Positions 13,797-26,134 of a DNA stretch of 64,000 bases are shown here, one piece after another. Source of the stretch: Octopus vulgaris (taxonomy: Eukaryota); contig OX597815.1 in the NCBI GenBank assembly GCA_951406725.2, positions 170,562,001 through 170,626,000 on the forward strand. The letters run 5' to 3'. Each line of letters starts with the position of its first letter. Position 1 is the stretch's first letter. A model generated the notes under the pieces. The model was not told the origin of the DNA and searched no databases. It saw only the letters and a program-made list of their open reading frames with translations. The position numbers and the translations under genes were made by a program.

Positions 13797-13842
13797 CGAC
13801 TACAATTGTTTCGTGTCTCTTCTAAGGACATTCATCAGGTGG
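13797..13842 (-). ncRNA. Minimal type I hammerhead ribozyme motif (two likely mutations), probably a Penelope pLTR remnant
   Basis: Minus strand reads CCAC-CUGAUGA-AUGUC-cuuagaaga-GACAC-GAAAC-AAUU-GUA-GUCG. It has both core boxes, stem II, a palindromic stem III (ACAAUUGU), a GUA cleavage triplet and stem I with one mismatch. Confidence 0.65.
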
Positions 13843-14039
13843 ATTTCAAATCTTCTATTCAATTTTAAGACATAATATATATGTATATATATGTATGTAT
13901 ATGTATATATGCATACATATATATACATATATGTATATATATGTATATATATATATATATATAATATAAATATATGCATATATACATACGTATATGTTAC
14001 ATACCTACATGTATATGTATATATACACATGCATATATG

Positions 14040-14295
14040 GGTAGTGGACATAAAACCAAAAGCATAGAAACGAACCTTTTTCGAACAACGAAAAAAAACG
14101 GAGAAACGAGACATATAGCATAAAAAATACACCTATTCTTCAGTTGTCCCTGTGTCATCTACTCCACGTCGAAGGCAAACGACTTCGTTGAAACAGCCCT
14201 TACCGTAAGCAAATTAAATAAAATTTGGAAATTTTTGCGGACGGTGAAATTGGTAAGAAGAACAGGACAGTGAGAACAAAACAGTAAAAACAAAC
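14040..14295 (-). repeat. Unclassified dispersed repeat, possibly a retroelement terminus (related copy 63860-64000)
   Basis: aacaacga.aaaa.cgga...gaca...cata..aaa..acc.attc.tcagttgt..ctgt is shared with 63905-63975. Confidence 0.45.
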
Positions 14296-14320
14296 TATAT
14301 ATATATGTGTGTAAATATAT

Positions 14321-14422
<102 letters not shown>

Positions 14423-14443
14423 GTATGTATATATATATATATA

Positions 14444-15142
14444 GGTCATCAGTGGGAGGCCTGAAGAACGCAGCGGCTCCACGATAACCGACACCCAGGG
14501 TATCCTCGATCGCTGGAAGTCCCATTTAACGACAACTCCTGACGATCTTCTCAAAAACACTCCACAGCTCCACAGCCGCCATTGGATGTCCCTGCCGCCC
14601 TCACACCATGAGTTCAATAAGGCATTTGCGTGCATGAAGCTGAGGAAAGCTCCAGGACCCGACAATATCCCGTTTGAATGTTCCATGCTACCACGTGTCG
14701 AAGCCACCATTCTACGACATCGTCTCTGCTGGGCGGTCATGTCCAGCGTATGGAGTCCTCTCGTATCCCAAGGATCATGCTCTACGGAGAACTTGCAATC
14801 GGAACAAGACCCACACAAGATCTGAAATTCCGTTTTAAAGGCCAGCTGAAACGGACCTTGGTTCAAGCTAACATCCAACATATTGCCATGGATATGACAG
14901 CCTGGAGGACTGCTATCTGTAATGGAGGCAGTTCCTTCGAGCAGAACAGGCAATAGAATGAGGAGGCAAAGCGCAGGAGAAGAAAGGAGTGTCTTCAACA
15001 TCCTCGACCTGCACTGACCATCCCGTGTGAGTTCTACCCACGACTCTTTTCACTCCGACTTGGACTCTAAAGTTACTTTCGGCACAAACATCAGCCGAGG
15101 AGACTGGATGGGAACCGACGAACCCAATGCTCGGATACGACC
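14444..15142 (+). mobile_element. RTE-clade LINE relic, 5'-truncated, RT core internally deleted, 3' end retained
   Basis: [14 protein letters not shown]...[15 protein letters not shown] is joined directly to [30 protein letters not shown]...[12 protein letters not shown] and a decayed C-terminal zinc-finger region (IPCEF...RHKH). Flanked by (TA)n on both sides. Confidence 0.85.
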
Positions 15143-16010
15143 ATATATATATATATATACATAGATAAATGAGAGACTGATTAGTACATTAGATGAACAG
15201 GCACGTATATACATGGAGGTATTTATAAAATTCATTCTGTGCCAATAATTATGTTTGAGAAAAGCACATGTTGCTCAAATACCAACTCGACTTTTTATAA
15301 TCGATTTTCTCATAGCTTCATAAACAATATATAACACTGGCATTTCTCTCTAAAACACTGCAAATATTTTCACCCTTCAAAGGAAAACTATCGATTAGAA
15401 GCAATTACTTTCATCATTCAATGGAATTAGTTAATACCCAACATCCTATAATTATACAATGGTTAATTTTCTCGTAATTATCCGTAATAGTATTGATATA
15501 GCATTTATAGTATTAAATAAGTGAGTATAATTAGTGTTCGGAACAATTTTCTCACAATCATATTCTTTATTGATTCTAACTGGGGATGTTTGTTTTTCTT
15601 GTCTTTATTTTTGTTTTGGTATTTTGTGGCATTATTTCATGAACTAAATATCATATATCGTGTTGCAAATATGATAAACAAAGTACAACTTGTAGTATAT
15701 CTGATACGTTCGTTTAGATCTAGTTCTGATATTTTACTCTGGTCCATGACATATACTTTAAAAGACCAAGTTTACATCTGGGCTTTTTAATCGCATTTCT
15801 ACATTATTAAATACAAACATGATGCAAAGCCAATTTATTCATATAATTTTAATGAAAGTTTGGCGTTCCTGTATTGATGAAATAGCAAAATACCAGGATA
15901 TATCAGTAATTTAAACAGTCGAATAAAAAACTTACGAGAAACATATGCTAATAAACTTCGTTCTTGTATCTGTTTTGCAAGATGCTTTATGTTGAAGTAA
16001 GTTGAAGCAA

Positions 16011-16192
16011 ATTATGTCGTGTCTTGGAGAGTCATATTTTCTTAATGCCTTATTGCCCAACACACCGGTTCGATTTCCACTCAATTATATTTTGGAAGAA
16101 AAAATTATAAATAATAATTGAGTGGAAATTGAACCGGTGAGTGTGTTAGGCAATAAAACATTAAGACAATATCTTCACAGACACAACATAAT
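16011..16192. repeat. Imperfect foldback / MITE-like inverted repeat
   Basis: Arms of about 78 bp (attatgtcgtgtc...ccggttcgatttccactcaattat / ataattgagtggaaattgaaccgg...gacacaacataat) around an AT-rich spacer. Confidence 0.75.
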
Positions 16193-16749
16193 ATGCTAAT
16201 AAATGTTTCATTAAACTAATTTAGCTACACGCTGCAGAAATATTAAAGTCTATGCTAGTGGAATACTGGTAAAAATTCTGTTGTGCGAATCTATGACGTT
16301 AAAGATTGAGAAAATTTGGGATAGCGATGCAAGTGTTTCACATGATTCGTTGTTTCGATGGCTATTACCAAAGATGCTCAGCAACGAAAATATATGTTAG
16401 ATTGATGCGAGATATAACATGTCAGGTTTCGTTGGAATTCGGTTCCCATGTGGGCGCCCACTACCAGAAAAAGATATTTTGAGATTGTGCAACCAAGTAA
16501 TTATAGTTACCTGAAGTGTTTCAACTATACATTGCTCAAAACCGGACAAGCTGAAGTGCAACATTGGTTTCTTAATGCGATTAGCGATCGGTATTTCATG
16601 CTGTTGAAAGCAGCTATATTAATATGTCCCCTGTCGGTAGCTAATTCAATGAGGTTTTTCATAGATGTAGTGTCGATTCCCTGCAAAGCGTTTAGACTGA
16701 TTTGGGATGATAACTATACGGGGGATGGTGAGGAGTAAGTGGGGAACAC

Positions 16750-17150
<401 letters not shown>

Positions 17151-17422
17151 TAAGAAGAAAATAGAAGGAAATTAATTTCTTATATAGAACAATAAATTAG
17201 CGCTCTGAACAAATTTTTATCGCAACATAGGCTACCTGGTCCAAGTATGATGTCTTTAAACGGTCTTTAAAATGTATGTATTTGAGATAGCTACAAATAG
17301 TTCACCCATTCACAAATACCTTTCTCGAAACGGTCGTTGGATAGGTATGAATTTGATCTCTAGACTTAAGTATCTGCTTTTTTGAGCTACCCATACATCT
17401 TTATAATATTTTCGATTTTGAA

Positions 17423-17792
17423 GGCGGCAACTTACAGATACGTTAGCACGCCGTACGAGATGCGTAGCCGTATTTCGTCTGCCGTTACGTTCTGAGTTCA
17501 AATTCCGCCGAGGTCGACTTTGCCTTTCATCCTTTCGGGGTCGGTAAATTAAGTACCAGTTACGCACTGGGGTCGATATAATCGACTTAATCCGTCAGTC
17601 TGTCCTTGTTTGTCCTCTCTGTGTTTAGCCCCTTGTGGGTAGTAAAGAAATAGGTATTTCGTCCGCCGAGGTCTACTTTGCCTTTCATCGTTGCGGGGTC
17701 GATAATTTAAGTACCAGTTGCGCACTGGGGTAGATCTAATCGACTGGCTCCCTCCCCGCAAAATTTCGGGCCTTGTACCTAGAGTAGAAAGG
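17423..17792 (+). mobile_element. Composite SINE family A (head, core, tail type 2, core, tail type 1) with 14-bp TSD
   Basis: TSD aatattttcgattt at 17405-17418 and 17793-17806. The central domain is present twice. Confidence 0.92.
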
Positions 17793-19575
17793 AATATTTT
17801 CGATTTGAGTTGCTGATCTCTGGAAGATACATATTGTACTTATACTAAATATGGCACACACACCGGTTTGCTGTTATGGTAGCCCCAGTAGAAGCTAACA
17901 TATAACATCATATATAGTGATTCCTAATGTGTCTCAGCGCCGTATAAAGAGAGTAGTCTATAAGCACAAATAGTATAAATATTAATTATACAAATTAATT
18001 TTCACATAGGCATATATGCATGAGCTTTCATGTTCCTCATTCGTATATCATCAAGGAATTCCTTACGTAGATTATTAAATTATATCAAGTTGTTTGTTGG
18101 AAATTATGGTTCTTCGATCAAAATATTAATGATAGAGGCATGTGTATTATTAACAATGATGGAAATGTGTTAGCAATACAAAGGTAACAGGAGCAGTGGA
18201 ATATAGCTTTCGTATACATAATTATGTTTCCGTCATTGTTTAAACTAGCAAAATGAAATAAATAAATGAATAAGCAAATAAACAAGCAACATAAATAGGC
18301 ACTAAACTGTAAAAATTATAATGAGATGTATCGGAAAATGATATTAAGAAGGTGGCAGCCGTAAAAATCTCAAACAAATTCAGTAAAACGGTCTGGAGAA
18401 TATTGTGATATCAATTATTTGCAGATTATAGTAGCATTTCTTTTCTGCTACAGGTTTTGAATCAGGCAAATTTCAAGAATCGATGTGTCAGCGCTAGGGA
18501 AAGGCAAATTCAGACTCATTAAGGAATGTTATCTGGGGGAGAAAATATAGTTGCTCTCTTACTCTCTCTGTCCCCGCATACATACACATGCATAGGAATA
18601 TCGATAACTATGTCTGAATGTCTGACTCCCATTCTGCAATGAATGGACACTTTTATAATTAGCAGTATTTCTCACAGACAAGTATTAAAAAGAATAACAT
18701 TAGTAACTGTAAATAACAAAATTATCGGATCATAAACGAAATCTCACATAATGAAACACATATAATGATATAGCAATAAGCTATGTTGTAGAGAAAATTT
18801 AATAAAGAATTTCATATAATTATGTTGCACATTTGGACTTCTTTTAAGTTTCCTTAGTCTATAATTAATGTAATTTTTATCTTTCATATCATTTATGGCA
18901 AAATATTGCACTAAATAGAACCACTTTGAATCATTTATCTGGAATAACGTAATGAATCAGCGAAACATATTTAACAAAAGATCATCAATAATTAGCTGTA
19001 TACTGAACATTTAATTGTGCGTTTTAGTAGTACAAGTTTAATGAGAGCACTCTAGTGTTAGCTAACTTCAATTATTCAGTCTTTCCTGACAATGAAAGGT
19101 TGTGTACGCCATTGTGTTATGGACGGAAAACGAAAAGATTTCTTCTAGAACCTGGGCGAAGTGAACACTTTAAGTACATGTATAATGAAGGAGACGTTGC
19201 ATATAAGTGCAAGAAATTGTAAAATTGTATCTTTCCTATATTGTTAAAACGGAGGTGTTTCTGAACATGTTTTGAAAGAAAAAGTTTCTGAAAATTTATT
19301 ATGACAGTAATCAGAATAAGAACAAATTTTGTCAAGTTTACTTTTCAGCTTTTTCGAGATGTGAATCATTAAGCATGCGGTATATTCATTATAAATTCTT
19401 ATCCTCAGTGTACACTACGATTAATTAGTACAGATCTTCAATACATCCATTCCACAATAGTGTTAGTCATGTGACGCTAACAAGTCAAATATCAAAAGAA
19501 AAGTCCTCAGCATTAATCGTTGTTATAATCATCTGCTAAGCTTGATGAATACACATAATATTCATGTCATAAATA

Positions 19576-19755
19576 ATCCTTTCTACTATAGGCACAAGGT
19601 CTGAAATTTGGGGAAAGAGGATAGTCTATTATATCGACCCCAGCGCTGAAATGGTACATATTTTATCGACTCCAAAAAGAATTTGAACTCAGAACTTAGC
19701 GAAATACTGCTAGGCATCTTGCCCAGCGTACTAACGATTCTGCCTGCTCACTGTC
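19576..19755 (-). mobile_element. SINE family A, older copy with internal deletion
   Basis: Reverse-complement similarity to the other copies. Confidence 0.8.
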
Positions 19756-19881
19756 TCATTCAAGTCATAATTAATAACGGGGTACTATATTCAGTTCTGT
19801 GATCTGTTAAAGTCTTAAATGGATGAAAAAAATACGCGCGACAATATAAAATATATGAACTAACATTATCTGCCATATTGC

Positions 19882-20090
19882 TTTCAGATATCGGCACGAG
19901 GTCAGCAAGTCGGGTAAGTGTGTAAATCACTTATGTCGATCCCAGTGTCCAACTAGTGCTTATATTATCGAACCCGAAAGGATGAAAGGTAAAGTCGACC
20001 TCAGCGGAATTTTGAACTCAGAAAGTAAAGACGGACAAATTGGCACTGAGCATCTTGCTCGGACTGCTGACGTTACTGCCTGCTCACTGC
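19882..20090 (-). mobile_element. SINE family A, older copy
   Basis: cccgaaaggatgaaaggtaaagtcgacctcagcggaattttgaactcagaa core in reverse orientation. Confidence 0.85.
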
Positions 20091-20136
20091 TTTACACATT
20101 ACCTATAAAATTAATATGAGTGATTAGGTAGTGTAA

Positions 20137-20332
20137 GGCGGCGAGCTGAAGGTTCCTTAGTGCGCTTCTAAAATTGCTTGCTGGCATTTCGTCCGTTTTT
20201 ACGTCCTGAGTTCAAATTCTGCCGAGGTCGTCTTTGCCTTTCATCCCTTCGCAGTCGATAAAATAAGTACCAGTGGGGTCGATGTAATCGTCTCACTCAC
20301 CTCTCCCGATATTACTGTCCTCGTGCCAAATT
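20137..20332 (+). mobile_element. SINE family A, older copy, head-to-head with 19882-20090
   Basis: ggcggcgagctg...gagttcaaattctgccgaggtcg.ctttgcctttcatcc...aagtaccag. Confidence 0.85.
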
Positions 20333-21404
20333 AATATTTACGATTATTTCTTTTATTATCATCATAACTCGTTCACCTGAATGTAATAGCCGGTACTTTA
20401 CATATACACCATTGACACATTGGTTGTATACATCTAGGGAATCTGAACCTATGAAGTTCAGGAAAATGAAACTGGTTGAAAGTCAACGTCGTATTAAATT
20501 TAGACAAATATTTAGCTTGATCGTTATAGGATTAAATAAATGCGTACATGCAATATATTTGCCTTCTTCTCTACATCTAATGTAGTTGTAGAGACGCCAT
20601 CGTCACATAGAGCCTGCTTTGGGCATTAAAAACTGGCCGTCCTCAACATCACTTGGTCTGACCACAGCATATTTCTTTGAAGAAGACAGAAACAGGGAGA
20701 AAGGAAAGAATCAACCACAGTACCAAAAGAATAAACGGCCAAATTGAATTCGGTAGGATTTGGACCAACTATACAAAAGATTCGAAAAAAATTTTCACAA
20801 GAGATCCTAACAGCCACCTTAACGACTCTGTCCATTCTGCATGAGAAAAATATAGCAGTTGATTAAATCGATTACACTTCATTCCAAATATTACATATGT
20901 ATATGTGATAAATTGATATTTTAAAACACCATTATGTAGCATTTGTTCTTTAGCCACAGATAATTTCTGGCTAGACAGGCATATAATTAAGAAGCTTTCA
21001 TTTTTGACTATACTATCTACAATAATTGAAATCTTACAAATGATAAAGGAGATTATATTTAGATAAAATATTTTATTCTAACATTGAAACAACAAACACT
21101 TTTCGTTGGGGGGCATACTCAGAGTAACCGACAATGTGCTAGCCATTTTATCGATTCCAGATAAAAGCAAATTCATTATTGGTTTCATGTTCCGATCTTG
21201 ACATTACATCACATGATGTAAGCAGAAGCAGAATATTGAGAGGGTCTTTGGGTATTTATTTCTGTTTTCCCGAAGGAAAACAACACAGCTATTTAAGCAT
21301 ACACTTTTTTCTATAGAAGATGATCCCCACTGTTCATTCGTTGAGAAACATGTTTTGTTTTGTCTGTTGAAACACACACTGTACCAGACTGGAGATTTGT
21401 TCGA

Positions 21405-21535
21405 TCACATGCTCGCTTTGAGCTTAACGTCATCTGCAAATATTTAAATTTTGACAGTTTGGTGATATTTGTAATGACGCTTACGTCATTAATAAGAACC
21501 GGCCCCAACACAGGGCCCGAGGGACATCACTAATG
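21405..21535 (-). mobile_element. Short decayed CR1-like RT fragment
   Basis: SDVP...VLGPVLINDV followed by IFADDVKL (RT motifs B' and C). Confidence 0.55.
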
Positions 21536-21827
21536 CACTAATGTGTCTATCTGGTCATGAGCAAATTTCGTTGAACACATATTTACTTGATCAAGTATAT
21601 TTACTTCAGATTCATTTACAAAATATCTGTCCATCTACTAACATGGAATGAAAATATACTATGAGAGCAAGAAATAATATTATCACTAACTACTTAGTGA
21701 TGGTTAGTATACCCAAAACCGGTCGTGCATGTCAATATTCCATATACATACATGCACACGTACACACGCACACACACACACACACACACATATATATAGT
21801 TGTGTTCAGGGAGTGTCATCAATGCAA

Positions 21828-21865
<38 letters not shown>

Positions 21866-21909
21866 ATACTACCACCACCACCACCACCACCACCACCACC
21901 ACCACCACC

Positions 21910-21974
<65 letters not shown>
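21828..21974. repeat. Compound (TAC)n(CAC)n(TAC)n microsatellite
   Basis: Direct inspection. Confidence 0.95.
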
Positions 21975-22340
21975 AAGCTCGGATTATACTTTCGACGTAG
22001 CCAACAGTTTCAAAATTACACTGAGAAACACAATTTAAAAACATTACTGAAAGATATATCTGAAATTATATATTCAGCGTTTACTGAAAGATCATGACAC
22101 ACCGGATGAATGTGATTACTCACATCAGGCGGTGTCTGGTTTCCAAATTAATAATTGATACTTCTTCACCCATGTACTAGTATATATGTGATCAAAACCA
22201 CCAAGTAACAGATTTTGCCGTGTTGCTATAAAAGAATTATTGTAAATGTTTGGAGGTATGTGACACTACGAAAGGAAGCCACAGAAACGTTTTAATAAAA
22301 ATAATCATTTCTACTATACACACACCACCTAATATTAAGG

Positions 22341-22972
22341 GTTTCAAAGTTTGGCACAAGGCCAGCGATTTCGGGAAAGGCGTTAACTTGATTATATCGA
22401 CACCAGTGTCCAGCTGGTACCTATTTTATTAATCTCGAAAGAATAAATGGCAAACTTGATCTCGGTGTAATTGAACTCAGAACGACGTGCCGCTAAGCAG
22501 TATGTCCGACATGCTAACGTGTCTGCTAGCTCGATGCTTTAATAGTCCTTCGTATTATGGGCCCAATGCCTGAAATTCTGTGGGAGGGGAACCGTCGATT
22601 ACATTGACCCCAGTATTCAACTGGTACTTATTTTATCGACATCGAAAGGATGGAGGGCAAAATCGACCTCAGCAGGATTTGAACTTAGAACGCAAAGACG
22701 CACGAAATGCGCGCTAACGATTCTGTCAGCTCACCGTCTTAATAAATATATAAATGATAATAATCGTTTCTACTAAAGGCAAAAGGCCTGAAATTTTGGG
22801 GGAGAGGACTAGTCGATGACATTGTCCCAAGTGTTTCATTAGTACTTTATTTCTCAACCCGGAAAAAATGAAAGGCAAAGTCGACCTCGGGCGAGTTTCA
22901 ACTCAGAATGTAGCGACGGGTCAAATAATGGTCAGCAATTCGTTCAGTGTGCTAACTATTGTGCCAGACTCA
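22341..22972 (-). mobile_element. Three consecutive diverged SINE family A copies (about 22341-22538, 22546-22738, 22763-22972)
   Basis: Each has a tail, the ctggtact.attttatcgac..gaaa core and a gaactcagaa B-box in reverse orientation. Confidence 0.82.
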
Positions 22973-24107
22973 CATAGTAATGATAATAAAGACAATAATT
23001 CCAAATTTTTGTACAAGGCCACGAGTTTCAAGGAAGAGGTTAGTTGATTACATAGAATCCAATATTATACTTATACTTTCAAGTACTGTATCAAGGCGCA
23101 AACGATTTTACTCAACGCTCAAAACCAACATACCCCTCACATACAAAGTTCATACACGCACTCTGATCCATACACACACGAATTTATATGCGGGTACACA
23201 TACATATATACATACATATATACATATATATATATGCATATATATATAATGTACTCATATAAATCTTGATATGTAATTATACTTATATAATATACTTAAA
23301 TAACTCTATTTATAATTATGATTACATATGTATGTGTGGGTGTGTGCACACGCACGACCACACTGTCATCTGCCATATGCATGTATGTATATGCATCTGT
23401 ATATATATATATATATATCCTAAATTGGGAGGATGATCCGGTTCTTGACTGAAGATTAGAGCCTTCGAATGACCCGTCCGTTTTTTTTTTGCGTCGTCTA
23501 TTTGAATGTTTTGCGTTCTTGTCCCATTTTGTATTTTTATATATATTTTATATATATATATCTTTACATAGACAAAATATTTTCTGAAATCTAAAATTAA
23601 CTTAAACCACAGCAAGAACACAAAATGAAACATCTATTTTATGAGTTCTTGCATTTGTACATGCCTGCGTCAGTCTCTCTCTGTCATAGAAATGCAACAG
23701 ACTAGAGTATCATTCTCCAGTATGTTGTTTATTTTCTAGGATGTAGAGTATTTCACTACGAACTAGCGTTTCAGTAGATTTATATTTTCCCTTTTCTAAA
23801 TTCTTCGTTGAACATCAATTTGTCCTTTCTTTGATAGGTTCTGACGCCACTCATCTCTACAGTTACAGCTATAATGGGTTGTGGGTTCCGTTTTGTCTTA
23901 TGTGCTGAAATTTTTATGACTTCCCACTGACAACTGTTGAAGGGATCAGACAAATGCAAGTCTTCGTGCAATGTCTTTCCATTTTTCCTCTAGATCTTCT
24001 TGCCCGTCTCTACTATTTTTTTTGTAATGTTATACGTAATGTAACGCAATTATATTTCTTAACTTGATGTTTTATATGTAACTACGAATCTACCTGTCTA
24101 TTTGTCT

Positions 24108-24108
<1 letters not shown>

Positions 24109-24164
<56 letters not shown>

Positions 24165-24183
24165 CATTCATCTATCTATCCAT

Positions 24184-24249
<66 letters not shown>

Positions 24250-24340
24250 CTCTATCTATCTACCTATCTATCTATCTCTCTATCTATCTACCTACCTATC
24301 TATCTATCTATCTATCTATATGTCTATCTATCTATCTATA

Positions 24341-24380
<40 letters not shown>
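24109..24380. repeat. Long imperfect (TATC)n
   Basis: Direct inspection. Confidence 0.95.
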
Positions 24381-24381
<1 letters not shown>

Positions 24382-24931
24382 CCTCCTTTCACGTGTTTAT
24401 ATCCTGATGCTGACCACCTCCATTTTCACTCGCACCCCGGTTAGCTTGTTTCAGGTGTGACCCTTCTTTCTCTCTCATTCTCCACTCAAATATGTCCAAT
24501 TTCTCCATTTCTCTATTTCCATTGTCTTCCGTCACAGTTGCTCTCCTTTTACATCTCTACTTACTAGAATCCCCTAACTCTCTTACTCTCCACCAGTCAT
24601 TCTACTTCCGTTTTACCTTTTAATCATTTTCTACGGTTGCTTTCACAGTGGCGTGATATCTATTTTCTTGTCTTTCTGGATATTTGAAACCAATAGACGT
24701 CCTGCTATTTTGTCGCGTGTTGCTTCATTCATTGTTCACCTAGAAAGACTTTTTTTATTATCTCTTTTCGTTTTTCCATGTTTGTATACACATTTTTGTT
24801 CCGTTTCCTGGTTTTCTGCTAGCTAATGTCTTTACAATTGCAGCATTGTGATTGTGGGGTTCCATTGTAAAGAACAACATTATCTTAGGTATCAAAACCG
24901 TTATGATTGCAAATTTACAACTAAGGGATCA

Positions 24932-25011
24932 GACAAGGATGTTGACAAGAAAACGAAAAGGCAGCACATATGGATGTGTTGTCTTTTCGTTTTCTTGTCA
25001 ACATTCTTGTC
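24932..25011. repeat. 38-bp inverted repeat with 4-nt loop
   Basis: gacaaggatgttgacaagaaaacgaaaaggcagcacat-atgg-atgtgttgtcttttcgttttcttgtcaacattcttgtc, with three mismatches. Confidence 0.9.
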
Positions 25012-26134
25012 CATCTGTAATACTTTAAACAAATACACACGCATATTTATGCATGTGTATATATGTGTGTGCCTGTTCATGTGTGTATGTTTATGCATCC
25101 AGCTCTCTCTCTCCCCCATATATGTATATGAATATATATATAGATGTGTGTGTGTGTGTGTGAAAAGGTTTAATTATATTTCATTCTTTACTTTGGAGTG
25201 CTCTAAAGGTCGATTTCTAACAAAGATTCATCATATTTTGCTGGTAGCTTACAGGCATACCATTTATGCGAATATGAAATTATTACATGTATATGGTGAA
25301 TTATGAAAATTTATGGATAAGTATCCCATATATGCTCAACAAATATGTTAAAAATGAAGAAGAGAAGATGTTAAAATTTGAAAGAATTTTAATACATGTT
25401 TATGACCGCTTGGAAGTGATATTAACATGTAAAACAGCATGGTAGAATAATTAAAATTTATTTGATTAAATTAAAGTAATTACATATCAACTGCTCTTCT
25501 CAGTGCAAGAGATATTCAACAAAAACTATTATTATTACAGAAGACTTGATGAAGGAAATAGCAGATAACAAATTCGGATATGTATATATTTTATCCTTAT
25601 GAAAAATTGAGGGCATACTAAAGAATGTTGTTGAGTCTAGTTGTGTATAAACTAAAACTGATGAAGCTAACGGTTATTTGAAAATATGAGTGCAAAATGT
25701 TTAAGAGATTTTCTCTCTATATAAGAATAAGAAGAAACGTAATTTAAACTCCATATAAGTTATTTATCATAGGAGGTTTAACAGAGGTGTCCGATGAAAA
25801 GGCATAGTTATGTTTGAATTAGGATATGACCTGAAAATTATAAGTAATATTAGGTATGGTCCATATTTAAAAAGAAATTGTGTGGGAATGAAATTTAACT
25901 AGTGAAAGCTGCAAGAATGCAACGAGAGTTAGTAGAATACTTGAAAAGCTATCTATAATGCAAATATTATTAGTGTAAGAACAACTAATATTCAGTTGTG
26001 TGAATTAAATATAAGGTCAAAAAATAAAAATGGGAAAGGTAGTTGTTAATATTACAGAATTAAGACAGTAAATACCTGATGTGGTTAAAAATGTAAGAAT
26101 TTTAAATACAGCAAGTATTTACTTTGGACTCTCC

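Noticed and set aside
14444-15142. GGTC...GACC ends between TA repeats, suggesting a TIR element
   Set aside because: The match is only 4 bp, and the interior is RTE coding sequence truncated mid-ORF.
21661-22044. Poly-Thr, poly-Ser/Gly and poly-Pro/Leu ORFs
   Set aside because: All derive from one trinucleotide microsatellite.
25655-25690. CTGATGA...GAAA hammerhead candidate
   Set aside because: Stem II does not abut GAAA, and there is no stem III or stem I.
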